A DNA stretch of 40,814 bases, from assembly GCA_030670905.1 (NCBI GenBank), contig DAOVAR010000003.1, positions 1 through 40,814 of the forward strand, in the 5' to 3' direction. A model generated the notes under the pieces. It was not told the DNA's origin and made no database searches. It was given only the letters and a program-made list of their open reading frames with translations. The position numbers were made by a program, and so were the translations under genes. Origin of the DNA: Candidatus Bipolaricaulota bacterium (GTDB taxonomy: Bacteria > Bipolaricaulota > Bipolaricaulia > UBA7950 > UBA9294). Shown piece by piece: positions 9,024-18,586 of this stretch (positions within the stretch are counted from its first letter, which is position 1; each line of letters opens with the position of its first letter).

Positions 9024-10087
9024 TGAGTAGAACAGAGAAGAACTTTCAGCGACAGCTCTCGTGGAATGCACAAAAGACGCATTCCGTACGCTGGATCTTC
9101 ATGCCGTTGATGATCTTGCTTGCGGCCACGCTTGTGATCGGAGTAGTTGTTGGCCCCGTATCAATTCCTATCAGAGAGGTTTTTTCCTACCTGCTGGGGC
9201 ACAAAGCCGCCATTGGAGAGTCCGGGTACATTCAGCATCTGATTATCTCCCAAATCAGGCTCCCACGGGTGTTATTGGGACTATTGGTCGGCTGCGCGCT
9301 TGGCATTTCAGGTGGAACGATGCAGGGGGTGTTTCGCAATCCGCTGGCCAGCCCGTACGTCGTCGGGATCGCCAGTGGCGCGTCTACCGGCGCGGCCTTG
9401 GTCATCCTCCTGAATTTGAATGGAGTAGCCTTTCTTCCCCTGGGAGCCTTCATCGGCGGTTCCCTTGCGGTGGGAATTGTCTACCAATTGGCGCGGCAAC
9501 GAGATAGAAGAACTTCCGTCTACACACTGATCCTCGCCGGAGTGGCCGTGGGGGCGCTCTTCTCAGCCATAACAAGTTTTCTCATCTTCTTGAGTGCTGG
9601 CACCGACCGAATGACGGATGTGATCTTCTGGACCATGGGCGGACTAGGCCGCGCCAACTGGACATATCTTTGTGTGCTTGCGCCGATCGTCGCGGTTGGC
9701 AGCCTGCTCCTTATAGCTTTCTCGCGGGACTTAAATGCCCTTGCCATGGGAGAAGAAGGAGCATTCCATCTGGGTATCAATCCGGAGAAAAGCAAGCGTC
9801 TCATGCTGGGTGTAGCAACCCTTGTTACTTCATCTGCTGTCGGTTTCACCGGCACTATCGGTTTTGTTGGCCTGATCATCCCGCATATCATGCGCCTGAT
9901 TATGGGTCCCGATCACCGGTTCCTCTTGCCAGCAACAGCCATTGCGGGAGCGATCTTTCTTGTGTGGGCTGACATGGTGGCTCGAACTGTAGTTCGGCCA
10001 GCTGAACTCCCGGTGGGGATCATCACAGCCTTTCTTGGAGCCCCTTTCTTTCTCTACTTGCTAAAGACGAGAAAGGTGAGAATGTAA
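9023..10087 (+). CDS. FecCD/BtuC family permease
   Basis: QIRLPRVLLGLLVG, MQGVFRNPLASPYVVGIASGA, FWTMGGL, GTIGFVGLIIPHIMR, ELPVGIITAFLGAPFF; TAATG overlap with the upstream gene. Confidence 0.95.
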   Translation: MSRTEKNFQRQLSWNAQKTHSVRWIFMPLMILLAATLVIGVVVGPVSIPIREVFSYLLGHKAAIGESGYIQHLIISQIRLPRVLLGLLVGCALGISGGTMQGVFRNPLASPYVVGIASGASTGAALVILLNLNGVAFLPLGAFIGGSLAVGIVYQLARQRDRRTSVYTLILAGVAVGALFSAITSFLIFLSAGTDRMTDVIFWTMGGLGRANWTYLCVLAPIVAVGSLLLIAFSRDLNALAMGEEGAFHLGINPEKSKRLMLGVATLVTSSAVGFTGTIGFVGLIIPHIMRLIMGPDHRFLLPATAIAGAIFLVWADMVARTVVRPAELPVGIITAFLGAPFFLYLLKTRKVRM

Positions 10088-10881
10088 TGAATATCACAAT
10101 AGAAGGACTGCACTTTTCTTATGGCCAGATCCCAGTTTTAGAAGAGATCGACCTGAGTATTCAGAAAGGAGAAATCTTCGCAATTGTGGGCCCTAACGGA
10201 TCAGGGAAGACCACTCTCCTTAAAAACATCTCAGGAGTCCTCACTCCCGACAAAGGTGCGCTCTACTTGAACATGAGACAGATAGCTGACCTGTCAACTT
10301 GGGAGATCGCGCGCCAACTGGCAATGGTAGAGCAGGATCGAGAAGTCGGTTTCGATTTTACCGTCCGCGAAGTGATAGCTATCGGCCGAATCCCTCATCA
10401 ATCTCGCTTTGCCAGAGAGAACAAAGTAGACAGGGAACGAATTGAAGAGGCTATGAGGGTTTGTAGTGTGGACTCACTGGCCAATCGTCTCATACCAGAG
10501 ATATCAGGAGGAGAGCGCCAACGCGTCTTCCTAGCAATGGCTCTAGCCCAGGAACCTAAGGTACTTCTGTTAGATGAACCGACAACCCACCTTGACATCA
10601 ACTACCAAGCCCAGATTATGGAAATTATTCGCGCACAAGCTATAGATGGTTTGACGGTAGTAATGGCCCTTCACGATCTTAACCTTGTAGCACAGTATGC
10701 GGATCGAGCGGCCATGCTAGACAAGGGACAAATATTGGAAATCGGCAAGCCGGATGAAGTACTCACTGAAGCGAATATCAAGAGAGTCTTTCATACGGAC
10801 GTAATCGTGACGAAGCACCCCCTGATCAACTCCTTTTACGTCATGCCGCTTACCCACAAATTTTGTGGGGGGCAAGAGTAG
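10087..10881 (+). CDS. BtuD/FecE-type ABC ATPase
   Basis: Walker A GPNGSGKTT, signature ISGGERQR, Walker B LLLDEPTTHLD, HDLN; TAATG overlap. Confidence 0.95.
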   Translation: MNITIEGLHFSYGQIPVLEEIDLSIQKGEIFAIVGPNGSGKTTLLKNISGVLTPDKGALYLNMRQIADLSTWEIARQLAMVEQDREVGFDFTVREVIAIGRIPHQSRFARENKVDRERIEEAMRVCSVDSLANRLIPEISGGERQRVFLAMALAQEPKVLLLDEPTTHLDINYQAQIMEIIRAQAIDGLTVVMALHDLNLVAQYADRAAMLDKGQILEIGKPDEVLTEANIKRVFHTDVIVTKHPLINSFYVMPLTHKFCGGQE

Positions 10882-11004
10882 CTCATCAGAACGCGAATTG
10901 CTCTAGATCAAAGGCATTCAAGCAGTACCTCACGACAACTCACCCACATGAATAGCTAATCGTGCTGTTGTCTGTTGTCGCGAAAAATAGTACTGTTTCG
11001 GGTA

Positions 11005-12540
11005 ATGATAACTAGGATCTTACGAACAGCAGCGTTAGTGATAGTGGCTACTGCCCTGGCCGTAGCAATTGTGGTCGACGCTAACCGCATTGGTTGGGAA
11101 CGTGAAAACACAGGGTTCATTGTTATTGTCAGGGCTCAAGATGTAACCAACTTCTCCCTTGACGAGCTTGCCAATATTGGGATAACAGGAGTTGCTGTGT
11201 ACTCATCAAGCCTGACGGATGGAGGATCTCCGCTTGTCGAGAAGATACTAGGACACAATCTTGAGGTGGGGCTAATTCTCGATAAGCCTATTGCCAAGCT
11301 TGCTCACAACTTCTCTTTCTTGTTGATAGAAGGTCCAATCGACGAACAATCGTTTCATAAGCTCTTTCCGGACGAGACTACCATCATTTTGCGAGAGTTC
11401 ACGGATGTGTCACAGGAACGTGAATTGTGGAGAAACGGACACGACCACCTAGTGCGAGCTCATGAGGTGCCAACAGGAGATATGGCTCGATCGTCAATCG
11501 ATACCCTTGTCGCACGGTTCGGAAGAGCTGTACAAGAGCGCGGAATTCGCTGTCTCATGCTTTCTCCAGTTCCTGGGCTTTCGGTATATGAGAACCTAAA
11601 TTACTTCCAAGCCGTTATTAAGCAAATTGAGAAGGACGGGTACACTCTGGGCAGTTTTTCTCTTCCATTTTCCAAGACCCCTTGGTACGCGGAGATCGTA
11701 TTTCATTTAGGAGTTAGTGCTCTCTTATTGCTTGTCACCCTTCAAGTCTTCAAACACCTTCCCTTTGCGTGCTTTGTTTTCTGCGGTGCTGTTGCTGCTA
11801 TTGCCGCCAGTATGCCGGAGATCCTCCTTCGTCAGACAGATGCCTTTCTAATCGCAATACTTGTTCCAGCATACATGTCTTTGTTGCTTGTCCCCTGCCT
11901 TAAATCAGGCTGGCGCGCAGGAGCAGTTGTGTGCCTGTTGTTCTCTGCTGGTTCAGTTTGTGGGGGTCTCCTGCTTGCTGCGGTTCTTTCTCATCCTGTT
12001 TTTCTGCTCAAGCTCGCCGAGTTTCGCGGAGTAAAGGTCGCGCTTTTGTTTCCTTCTCTTTTTGGAGTGTTTGTCTACTATCGTCAAGTCGGCTGGGCAA
12101 AACTTCGAAACCTTTTCTACTCGCCTATCCGCTTAGTCAGCTTGACACTTGCCAGTTTCAGTCTTGCAGTACTCGCCTTTACTATTCTCCGGAGTGGAAA
12201 CACAGGCGGAGGCTCACTTGGGCTAGAAGGACAAGTGCGGGGGATTCTGGAGAAACTCCTCATAGCAAGACCTCGCTTCAAGGAGTTCCTGATTGGCCAT
12301 CCTTTCCTAATCCTGTTTGGAGCGGATGGCAAGCTCAATGACTGGAGAATATTCCCTCTCTTTATTGGCTTGATTGGACAGGCCTCCATCCTGAATACCT
12401 TTGCTCATGCGCACACTCCCCTCCTTGTATCGCTCTTCCGAGTGGCTAATGGGCTCGTTTTGGGAGTCCTGGTCGGAGGAGCTTTGTTGGCGGTTATTAG
12501 TTTGGGGCGGTTCCTGTGGCAAAGAGTATCACAGTCGTAA
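11005..12540 (+). CDS. DUF5693-family membrane protein (usual csaB neighbour); ORF open from 10975
   Basis: RAVQERGIR, EFRGVK, RSGN, RPRFKEFLIGHP, GQASILNTFAHAHTP; multi-TM C-terminal half; overlaps csaB. Confidence 0.8.
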   Translation: MITRILRTAALVIVATALAVAIVVDANRIGWERENTGFIVIVRAQDVTNFSLDELANIGITGVAVYSSSLTDGGSPLVEKILGHNLEVGLILDKPIAKLAHNFSFLLIEGPIDEQSFHKLFPDETTIILREFTDVSQERELWRNGHDHLVRAHEVPTGDMARSSIDTLVARFGRAVQERGIRCLMLSPVPGLSVYENLNYFQAVIKQIEKDGYTLGSFSLPFSKTPWYAEIVFHLGVSALLLLVTLQVFKHLPFACFVFCGAVAAIAASMPEILLRQTDAFLIAILVPAYMSLLLVPCLKSGWRAGAVVCLLFSAGSVCGGLLLAAVLSHPVFLLKLAEFRGVKVALLFPSLFGVFVYYRQVGWAKLRNLFYSPIRLVSLTLASFSLAVLAFTILRSGNTGGGSLGLEGQVRGILEKLLIARPRFKEFLIGHPFLILFGADGKLNDWRIFPLFIGLIGQASILNTFAHAHTPLLVSLFRVANGLVLGVLVGGALLAVISLGRFLWQRVSQS

Positions 12541-13580
12541 TTACTGGCTACTATGGATTTGGAAACCTTGGCGACGAAGCGATTCGCTTGGCGCTACTAC
12601 GATCACTCAACCAGTACAACAGGGCTGAATCGATCGTTCTTACAGCAAATCCACAGACTAGAAATGAAATCAGTCGCAACAATCCCATTCGCATTCTTGG
12701 GGCAATTCGACGTTCATCGATCCTGTTGTTTGGCGGGGGAGGATTATTGCAGAATCGCACCAGCAACCGTTCTTTGTTCTATTATCTCTCTCTCATTCTT
12801 GTCGCCCGTATTGTGCGTCGGCCAGTTTACCTTGTTGGGCAGGGGATTGGGCCAATTTTTGGCAAATTAGCCCAACTGATTACTCGCTTAGCCCTTAAGC
12901 AAGTTCACCACATAGACTGTCGTGACCAAAAAAGCTTAAGTTATGTTAATTCGCTAGGTCTTAACGGAATACAAGGCAGCGACCTTTTTTTCCTTCTCCC
13001 CCCAAGCCCCCACCATTCCCGGCTGACGCAGAGCCCGCCACGGATTGTTCTCTCCCTTAAAGGACTGCCGAGAAAGCAACAAGCAGGTTTCATTGAGCAG
13101 GCAATACGCTTACTGAAAGAGCTACACTCGCAGCGAGGTGTGTCCTGTATTTTTCTTCCGTTCTTTCCCAAACAGGACCTGGCCCTTGCGAGAGCGATCT
13201 CAAGCGAATGCGGCTTTTCATGTCAGATTCTCCCGGCAGCAGGAGTAGACCAAGCAGAAAGGGTCATTTCATCTGCCAGCGTTCTCGTGTCATCACGTCT
13301 GCATCCACTAGAGTTTGCGCTCAGGATGGGAACGCCGATGTTCGCTATCTCTGAAGATCCCAAGATTGAGCACTTTGTTCATGAGGTTCATTCGCGTGAT
13401 GGCCCTTGCATTCCTTGTGGATCTTTTCCCTCCGTGGAAGAAACTTCTCTTCTCCTTGACCATCCACCAGCGCCAGATAGCTTGCGAGAGACCTACCGAC
13501 AGTTACATGAAACCAGGAAGCAGACATTCAAGCTGTTGCTTGATGGACTATACTATGATCTGGAAGGAAAAGATGTCTGA
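12516..13580 (+). CDS. csaB: Polysaccharide pyruvyl transferase CsaB
   Basis: GYYGFGNLGDEA, GGGGLLQNRTSNRSLFYY, GQGIGP, RD, RLH, SEDPKI. Confidence 0.88.
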   Translation: MAKSITVVITGYYGFGNLGDEAIRLALLRSLNQYNRAESIVLTANPQTRNEISRNNPIRILGAIRRSSILLFGGGGLLQNRTSNRSLFYYLSLILVARIVRRPVYLVGQGIGPIFGKLAQLITRLALKQVHHIDCRDQKSLSYVNSLGLNGIQGSDLFFLLPPSPHHSRLTQSPPRIVLSLKGLPRKQQAGFIEQAIRLLKELHSQRGVSCIFLPFFPKQDLALARAISSECGFSCQILPAAGVDQAERVISSASVLVSSRLHPLEFALRMGTPMFAISEDPKIEHFVHEVHSRDGPCIPCGSFPSVEETSLLLDHPPAPDSLRETYRQLHETRKQTFKLLLDGLYYDLEGKDV

Positions 13581-14520
13581 GCCACGTCATGTACCTGCTT
13601 TAGCCGGTGAGGTTGTTCACTTAGTTGATCCAAAGGCAGGGGGAATATACGTGGATGGGACAATTGGCTTGGGCGGTCACACTCAAGCGCTGTTCGCGCT
13701 AGAGCCCAACATTACTGTTGTTGGGATTGACCTTGATAGAGAGGCGCTCAGCTACGCAGAGAAACGTTTAGCCAGTCTTGCCGGTCGGCTTCATCTTGTT
13801 CACGCAAACTACACCGACCTTCACAAGCACCTGCGGATACTTGGCATTGAGAAGGTTGATGGTCTTCTCCTTGATCTTGGTGTATCGTCACTTCAGCTCG
13901 ATAATCCCAAGCGTGGGTTCAGCTTTCGCGCTAACGGTCCTCTCGATATGAGAATGGATACTTCGCAACCTCTAACAGCCTTTGATATTGTGAACAACCT
14001 TACAGAGAAGGAACTTGTTGACATCCTTTTTCGCTATGGAGAAGAGAATTTTGCCCGAGAAATCGTGCATGCCATTATCGCTACCCGCAAGTCGGGAGCG
14101 ATTGAGACAACTACTCAACTCGCGGAACTCGTGTGCCAAACGATCCCCAAGCGATTCCACCTCAGGCACAGACACCCCGCGACACGTACCTTTCAAGCGC
14201 TACGAATCGCAGTGAATGATGAGCTTCGAAATCTGCGAAATGGACTACAAACTGCATTCCAATGCCTTACGCCTGATGGCGTCATTGCGGTGATAAGTTT
14301 TCATTCGTTGGAAGATCGAATTGTGAAACGGTTCTTTCGCTACAAAGCGCTTGATTGTATCTGCCCCCCCACCCTTCCGGAATGTATTTGTGACAAACAA
14401 GTGGAAGGAAGGATTCTCACACGGAAGCCAATTCTACCGACAAAAGAGGAGACGGAAAAAAATCCGCGCGCACGAGCTGCGAAACTGCGTGCTATGCGGA
14501 AAAGCAGGGTATCTACTTGA
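13573..14520 (+). CDS. rsmH: 16S rRNA m4C1402 methyltransferase RsmH (MraW)
   Basis: HVP, VDGTIGLGGH, DLGVSSLQLD..RGFSF..GPLDMRMD, HPATRTFQALRIAVNDEL, ISFHSLEDRIVK, NPRAR.AKLR; start ATG 13573 after GAAGGA. Confidence 0.97.
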   Translation: MSEPRHVPALAGEVVHLVDPKAGGIYVDGTIGLGGHTQALFALEPNITVVGIDLDREALSYAEKRLASLAGRLHLVHANYTDLHKHLRILGIEKVDGLLLDLGVSSLQLDNPKRGFSFRANGPLDMRMDTSQPLTAFDIVNNLTEKELVDILFRYGEENFAREIVHAIIATRKSGAIETTTQLAELVCQTIPKRFHLRHRHPATRTFQALRIAVNDELRNLRNGLQTAFQCLTPDGVIAVISFHSLEDRIVKRFFRYKALDCICPPTLPECICDKQVEGRILTRKPILPTKEETEKNPRARAAKLRAMRKSRVST

Positions 14521-14687
14521 GCCATGATATTCGCTGTTCTTGACGAGCGTGTGATAAGCTGTAGCAAAGTCGTTGCGATTTCGCCATCTTGGCGGGTAAG
14601 CTGCGTAGGATGGGTAATCTACTTCGGTGTAGTAGTCGACAGATGTCCGAACAAGATACCTCATGTTCCCTTAACTTATTAGCAGAG

Positions 14688-15053
14688 ATGATGATGTATC
14701 CAAGAATCAAGAGATTGAGCTACCTATCTGGGAAGAGACATTCAGCTCCTCCAACACAACCGATGACTTGGCAAGGAGTGCTGGGGATTGGAATTCTCTT
14801 GGCAACAGTCATTGCTGGGCTCTGTCTTGTTTACCTGTGGCAAGAAGCGACCATTCGTGACTTGACCGCGCAACGGGAGTACACACAGAACAGACTCATA
14901 GCTGCCCATGATGTCAACCGTTGGCTCGAGTTTGAAGTAGGGAAGGCCTTCCGTTTAGAGCGTGTTGCTTCACTCGCCCGCAGCGAACTCGGGATGATTG
15001 AGCCAGTTATTATCCACTATGTCTATATTGATAAGTCCGCCCCAGAGAACTAA
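14688..15053 (+). CDS. ftsL: FtsL-like cell division protein; start uncertain
   Basis: Small bitopic protein (one TM, coiled coil, ending RLERVASLARSELGM..P) located between rsmH and the class B PBP. Confidence 0.7.
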   Translation: MMMYPRIKRLSYLSGKRHSAPPTQPMTWQGVLGIGILLATVIAGLCLVYLWQEATIRDLTAQREYTQNRLIAAHDVNRWLEFEVGKAFRLERVASLARSELGMIEPVIIHYVYIDKSAPEN

Positions 15054-16734
15054 GACGCCCTTCCACCAATGGCGAGCTCGCATCCTCGCGTTTTTGTTGA
15101 TTGCGTTTGCGTTACTCATTGTTGGTCGGCTCGTCCAGCTTCAAGTGGTTGAGCATGATCGCTTTCTTAAATCCGCGCGGGTAATGCAGGAACAAATGAT
15201 TGAGCTTATGCCACAGCGAGGAGCGATCTATGACAGAAGCGGAATGTTGCTTGCTTTTGATGTAAGAGCTGTATCCATCGCCGTAGATAGTTTCAACATG
15301 ACCAAACCCGAGACGATTATCGCCATCCTCGCGAGCGAGCTTGGTCTTGCTGGTGAGGTGTTGAGAGATCTGATCTACCGGCCTAGTTACTTCACTTGGG
15401 TCAAACGTCAAATCGATCCAAGTACGGCAGAAGCCATACGGCAGCAAGCAGAGAAAGAACAGGCATACGGGCTGATTTTCCTCGATACCTGGAAGCGGTG
15501 CTATCCACAGGAATCACTTGCCTCAAACATCATCGGTTTTGTGGGTACGGATGGGCACGGATTGGAGGGTGTGGAGCTTGCGTTTGACAAAGTCCTTACT
15601 GGAACCCCAACGTATGTGTATGTGGTAGAGGGAGCCGACAACCGCACTTATCATACTGCGGTTGTCGAACAGGGATCCCCGGGACAAGATCTACATTTGA
15701 CAATTGATGGCCGCCTACAATTCATCTGTGAAGAAGAGATCAAATACGGAGTCGAAAAGTTCAGGGCGAATGATGGTTTTGTCGTTCTGCTCGATCCACA
15801 AACTTGTACCATACTAGCAATGGCCCAGCTGCAGCGTTACAACCTTAATTCCTTTGCTGAATCAACTCCATACCAGCGAAAGAACCTGGCAGTCAATTTC
15901 CTGTTCGAACCTGGCTCAGTGTTTAAGGCATTCACTGGACTTGCAGCGATCGATTACGGCGCGGTGAGCCCAGGAGACAGTTTCAACGGAAATGATGGGA
16001 TCAGAGTTTCCAATCACATCATGCACAACTCAGGAAACGAGTCCTTTGGAACAGTCACCTTTGCCGAGATTATTGAGCAGTCGATCAACACAGGAATGAT
16101 TAGAGTTGCGCAGCGCTTGGGCGAAGAGCGACTGTATCACTCGCTAATCAGCTTTGGTTTTGGACAACAGACTGGAATTGCTCTTCCCGGAGAAGAGGTT
16201 GGAATCCTACGAGATGTAGAAGAGTGGTCTAAGCTTGCCCTGGCTGCTACATCAATTGGGCAATCAGTGGCCGTGACCGGAATCCAGCTTGCCCGCGCGA
16301 CAGCAGCAATAGCAAATGGTGGACTGCTACTAGAACCACAAATCATCAAACAAATTGGTGAATCAGAAAAGGACGACTCAGTGCTTGTTCATCGAATTGG
16401 GGCCGCTGAAAGCTGCACAATAATGACAGGACTACTGCAACAGGCAGTAGAAAGTGGAACCGGAACCCCGGCAGCAGTCAGTGGATTTGCGGTAGCTGGG
16501 AAAACAGGGACTGCACAAAAGGCTACACCTGGGCAAGGCTATGCTGCTGGGAAATACACCTCTCTGTTCGTCGGCTATCTTCCTGCCCAGAAACCAAAGT
16601 ATCTCACTCTTGTCGTCCTGGATGAAGTAAAGACTTTGCCGGTATGGGGCGGATATACTGCTGGGCAGATATTTCATAACATAACTTCCCGTGTGGTAAA
16701 TGCTGAACACCTTTCCCCAGTAGCTGCGTATTGA
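15019..16734 (+). CDS. ftsI: Class B penicillin-binding protein (FtsI/PBP3-like transpeptidase)
   Basis: N-terminal TM, RGAIYDRSG, R.YP, GLEGVE, LTID..LQ, SxxK (EPGSVFK), SxN (SIN), KTGTAQ; no PASTA domain. Confidence 0.9.
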   Translation: MSILISPPQRTKTPFHQWRARILAFLLIAFALLIVGRLVQLQVVEHDRFLKSARVMQEQMIELMPQRGAIYDRSGMLLAFDVRAVSIAVDSFNMTKPETIIAILASELGLAGEVLRDLIYRPSYFTWVKRQIDPSTAEAIRQQAEKEQAYGLIFLDTWKRCYPQESLASNIIGFVGTDGHGLEGVELAFDKVLTGTPTYVYVVEGADNRTYHTAVVEQGSPGQDLHLTIDGRLQFICEEEIKYGVEKFRANDGFVVLLDPQTCTILAMAQLQRYNLNSFAESTPYQRKNLAVNFLFEPGSVFKAFTGLAAIDYGAVSPGDSFNGNDGIRVSNHIMHNSGNESFGTVTFAEIIEQSINTGMIRVAQRLGEERLYHSLISFGFGQQTGIALPGEEVGILRDVEEWSKLALAATSIGQSVAVTGIQLARATAAIANGGLLLEPQIIKQIGESEKDDSVLVHRIGAAESCTIMTGLLQQAVESGTGTPAAVSGFAVAGKTGTAQKATPGQGYAAGKYTSLFVGYLPAQKPKYLTLVVLDEVKTLPVWGGYTAGQIFHNITSRVVNAEHLSPVAAY

Positions 16735-18582
16735 TTATCGACGCAGATAGATGGCAAGCATCGATAGATCAGCCTGCGAAACACCCGGAATGCGCGCCGC
16801 CTGGCCAAAGGAATGAGGGCGCACGTGGCCCAGCAACTCTCTTCCTTCAATAGAAAGACTGGTAAGCTTAGCGTAATCAAGTCGAGAAGGGATTCCGACA
16901 TTCTCTAATCGACGCAGGTGCCCTATTTCTCGTTCCTGTTGAGCTAGATAGCCGGCATATTTGGCCTCAATCTCCACTTCGTATTTCAACTCATCCGCGA
17001 ATTCTTCTTCTGCTGGCAAGAGATCGTCCAGATGGATCTGCGAGCGCTTGAGAAGCTCATATAAGCTTGCCCCGTTGTTGGAAAGAGGGCTGCTTCCTTT
17101 CTCGGCAAGAATGCGGTTCAATGGGTGTTGTGGACCAATGCGTTGCTCTTTGAGCCTGGCCAGAATCTCCTTTTTTGCCTTCTCCTTCTTTAGCACTTTC
17201 TCGTAACGGTTTTCCGGCAGAAGCCCAATCGCACGACCGATCGCTGACAGGCGCAAATCGGCGTTTCCTTCGCGCAAGCTGATACGATATTCAGCACGAG
17301 ATGGAAGCATGCGATAGGGTTCCGTAATTCCTTTGGTAACAAGGTCATCGATCATTACTCCAATGAATGCTTGACCTCGCGACAGAATCAGTGGCTCTCT
17401 TCCACTCACGTAACAAGCGGCATTGATTCCGCCCAGGAGTCCCTGCGCGGCCGCTTCCTCATATCCCGTAGTCCCATTTAGCTGACCGGCAAGAAACAAA
17501 CCCGGAATACTGCTTACTTCAAGTGTAGGTCTAAGTTGCCCAGATCTTATGTAATCGTACTCAATATCATAGCCATAGCGTTCGATATGCGCCTGCTCAA
17601 GCCCAGCGATGCTGTGAACAATTTGCTGCTGAATTTGCGGCGGAAAAGCCGTATAGATTCCTTGTAGATATATCTCAGCGGTTTCCCTGCCTTCTGGTTC
17701 GAGAAATACCTTGTGGCGATCACGATCCGGGAAGTTGACGATCTTACTCTCCAGTGATGGACAGTGCCGCGGAGTCTTACCTGTAATCAGGCCATTGTAG
17801 TTTGGACTGAGGTGTAGGTTGTCCCGGATGATCTGGTGTGTTTGTTCATTGGTGTTGGTCAAGTAAACCGGATAATCGGACGTAAGGACAACCGGATCGT
17901 TCCAAAAAGAAAAAGCGAGTGGAAGTTCGCTTGTGTTTTGGCAATCAAGGCCAGAGAAATCGATAGTGTGACGATTAACCCGGGGGGTAGTTCCCGTGCT
18001 CAGACGATCCATCTTGAGACCTAGTTTTTCCAATGAGGTAGCAAGTCCAACAGATGGTGGTTCTCCACTTCGGCCGGCTGGATAGGAAAGCTCTCCCAAG
18101 ATAACTTGCCCATTTAGGAAGGTCCCAGTGGCGATCACAACAGCCTTGGCTTCAAGCTTAAGTCCCTCGCGTAGGCGAACTCCCGCGACCTTCCCTCCAG
18201 TTGTAATGATTTCTTCAGCCATTCCTTCGATAAGATCAAGGCCGCTTGTTTGCTCGAGAACCTGTTTCCAGAGGAGTTTATACTGTACTCGATCGGTTTG
18301 AGCGCGCCGAACCTGCATCGCTGCTCCCTTGCTCGTGTTGAGCAGTCGCACGTTGAGCATAGCCGCATCAGTTATGCGCGCCATCTCTCCACCCAGAGCA
18401 TCGATCTCACGAACAAGTTGTGATTTCCCCGGTCCACCAATTGCTGGATTGCACGGCATTTTTGCAATCTCACACAAATTGATTGTGACAAGTGCGGTCA
18501 CATGACCCAATCGAGCGGCGGCAAGCGCCGCTTCACACCCGGCATGTCCGCCACCGACCACTACAAGGTCATAGCTCCTCAT
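16735..18582 (-). CDS. mnmG: tRNA U34 5-carboxymethylaminomethyl modification enzyme MnmG (GidA)
   Basis: YDLVVVGGGHAGCEAA, MPCNPAIGG, LNTSKG, TGTTPR, PRHCPSLE, LAGQLNGTTGYEEAAAQG, EPYRMLPSRAEYR; start ATG 18582. Confidence 0.97.
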   Translation of the reverse strand: MRSYDLVVVGGGHAGCEAALAAARLGHVTALVTINLCEIAKMPCNPAIGGPGKSQLVREIDALGGEMARITDAAMLNVRLLNTSKGAAMQVRRAQTDRVQYKLLWKQVLEQTSGLDLIEGMAEEIITTGGKVAGVRLREGLKLEAKAVVIATGTFLNGQVILGELSYPAGRSGEPPSVGLATSLEKLGLKMDRLSTGTTPRVNRHTIDFSGLDCQNTSELPLAFSFWNDPVVLTSDYPVYLTNTNEQTHQIIRDNLHLSPNYNGLITGKTPRHCPSLESKIVNFPDRDRHKVFLEPEGRETAEIYLQGIYTAFPPQIQQQIVHSIAGLEQAHIERYGYDIEYDYIRSGQLRPTLEVSSIPGLFLAGQLNGTTGYEEAAAQGLLGGINAACYVSGREPLILSRGQAFIGVMIDDLVTKGITEPYRMLPSRAEYRISLREGNADLRLSAIGRAIGLLPENRYEKVLKKEKAKKEILARLKEQRIGPQHPLNRILAEKGSSPLSNNGASLYELLKRSQIHLDDLLPAEEEFADELKYEVEIEAKYAGYLAQQEREIGHLRRLENVGIPSRLDYAKLTSLSIEGRELLGHVRPHSFGQAARIPGVSQADLSMLAIYLRR

Positions 18583-18586
18583 TAAT

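Noticed and set aside
13315-13572. N-terminal extensions in the ORF track for rsmH, mnmG, pgsA, racemase, DmpA and thrC
   Set aside because: Most overlap upstream genes; family similarity, and in most cases an RBS, begins at the downstream starts used here.
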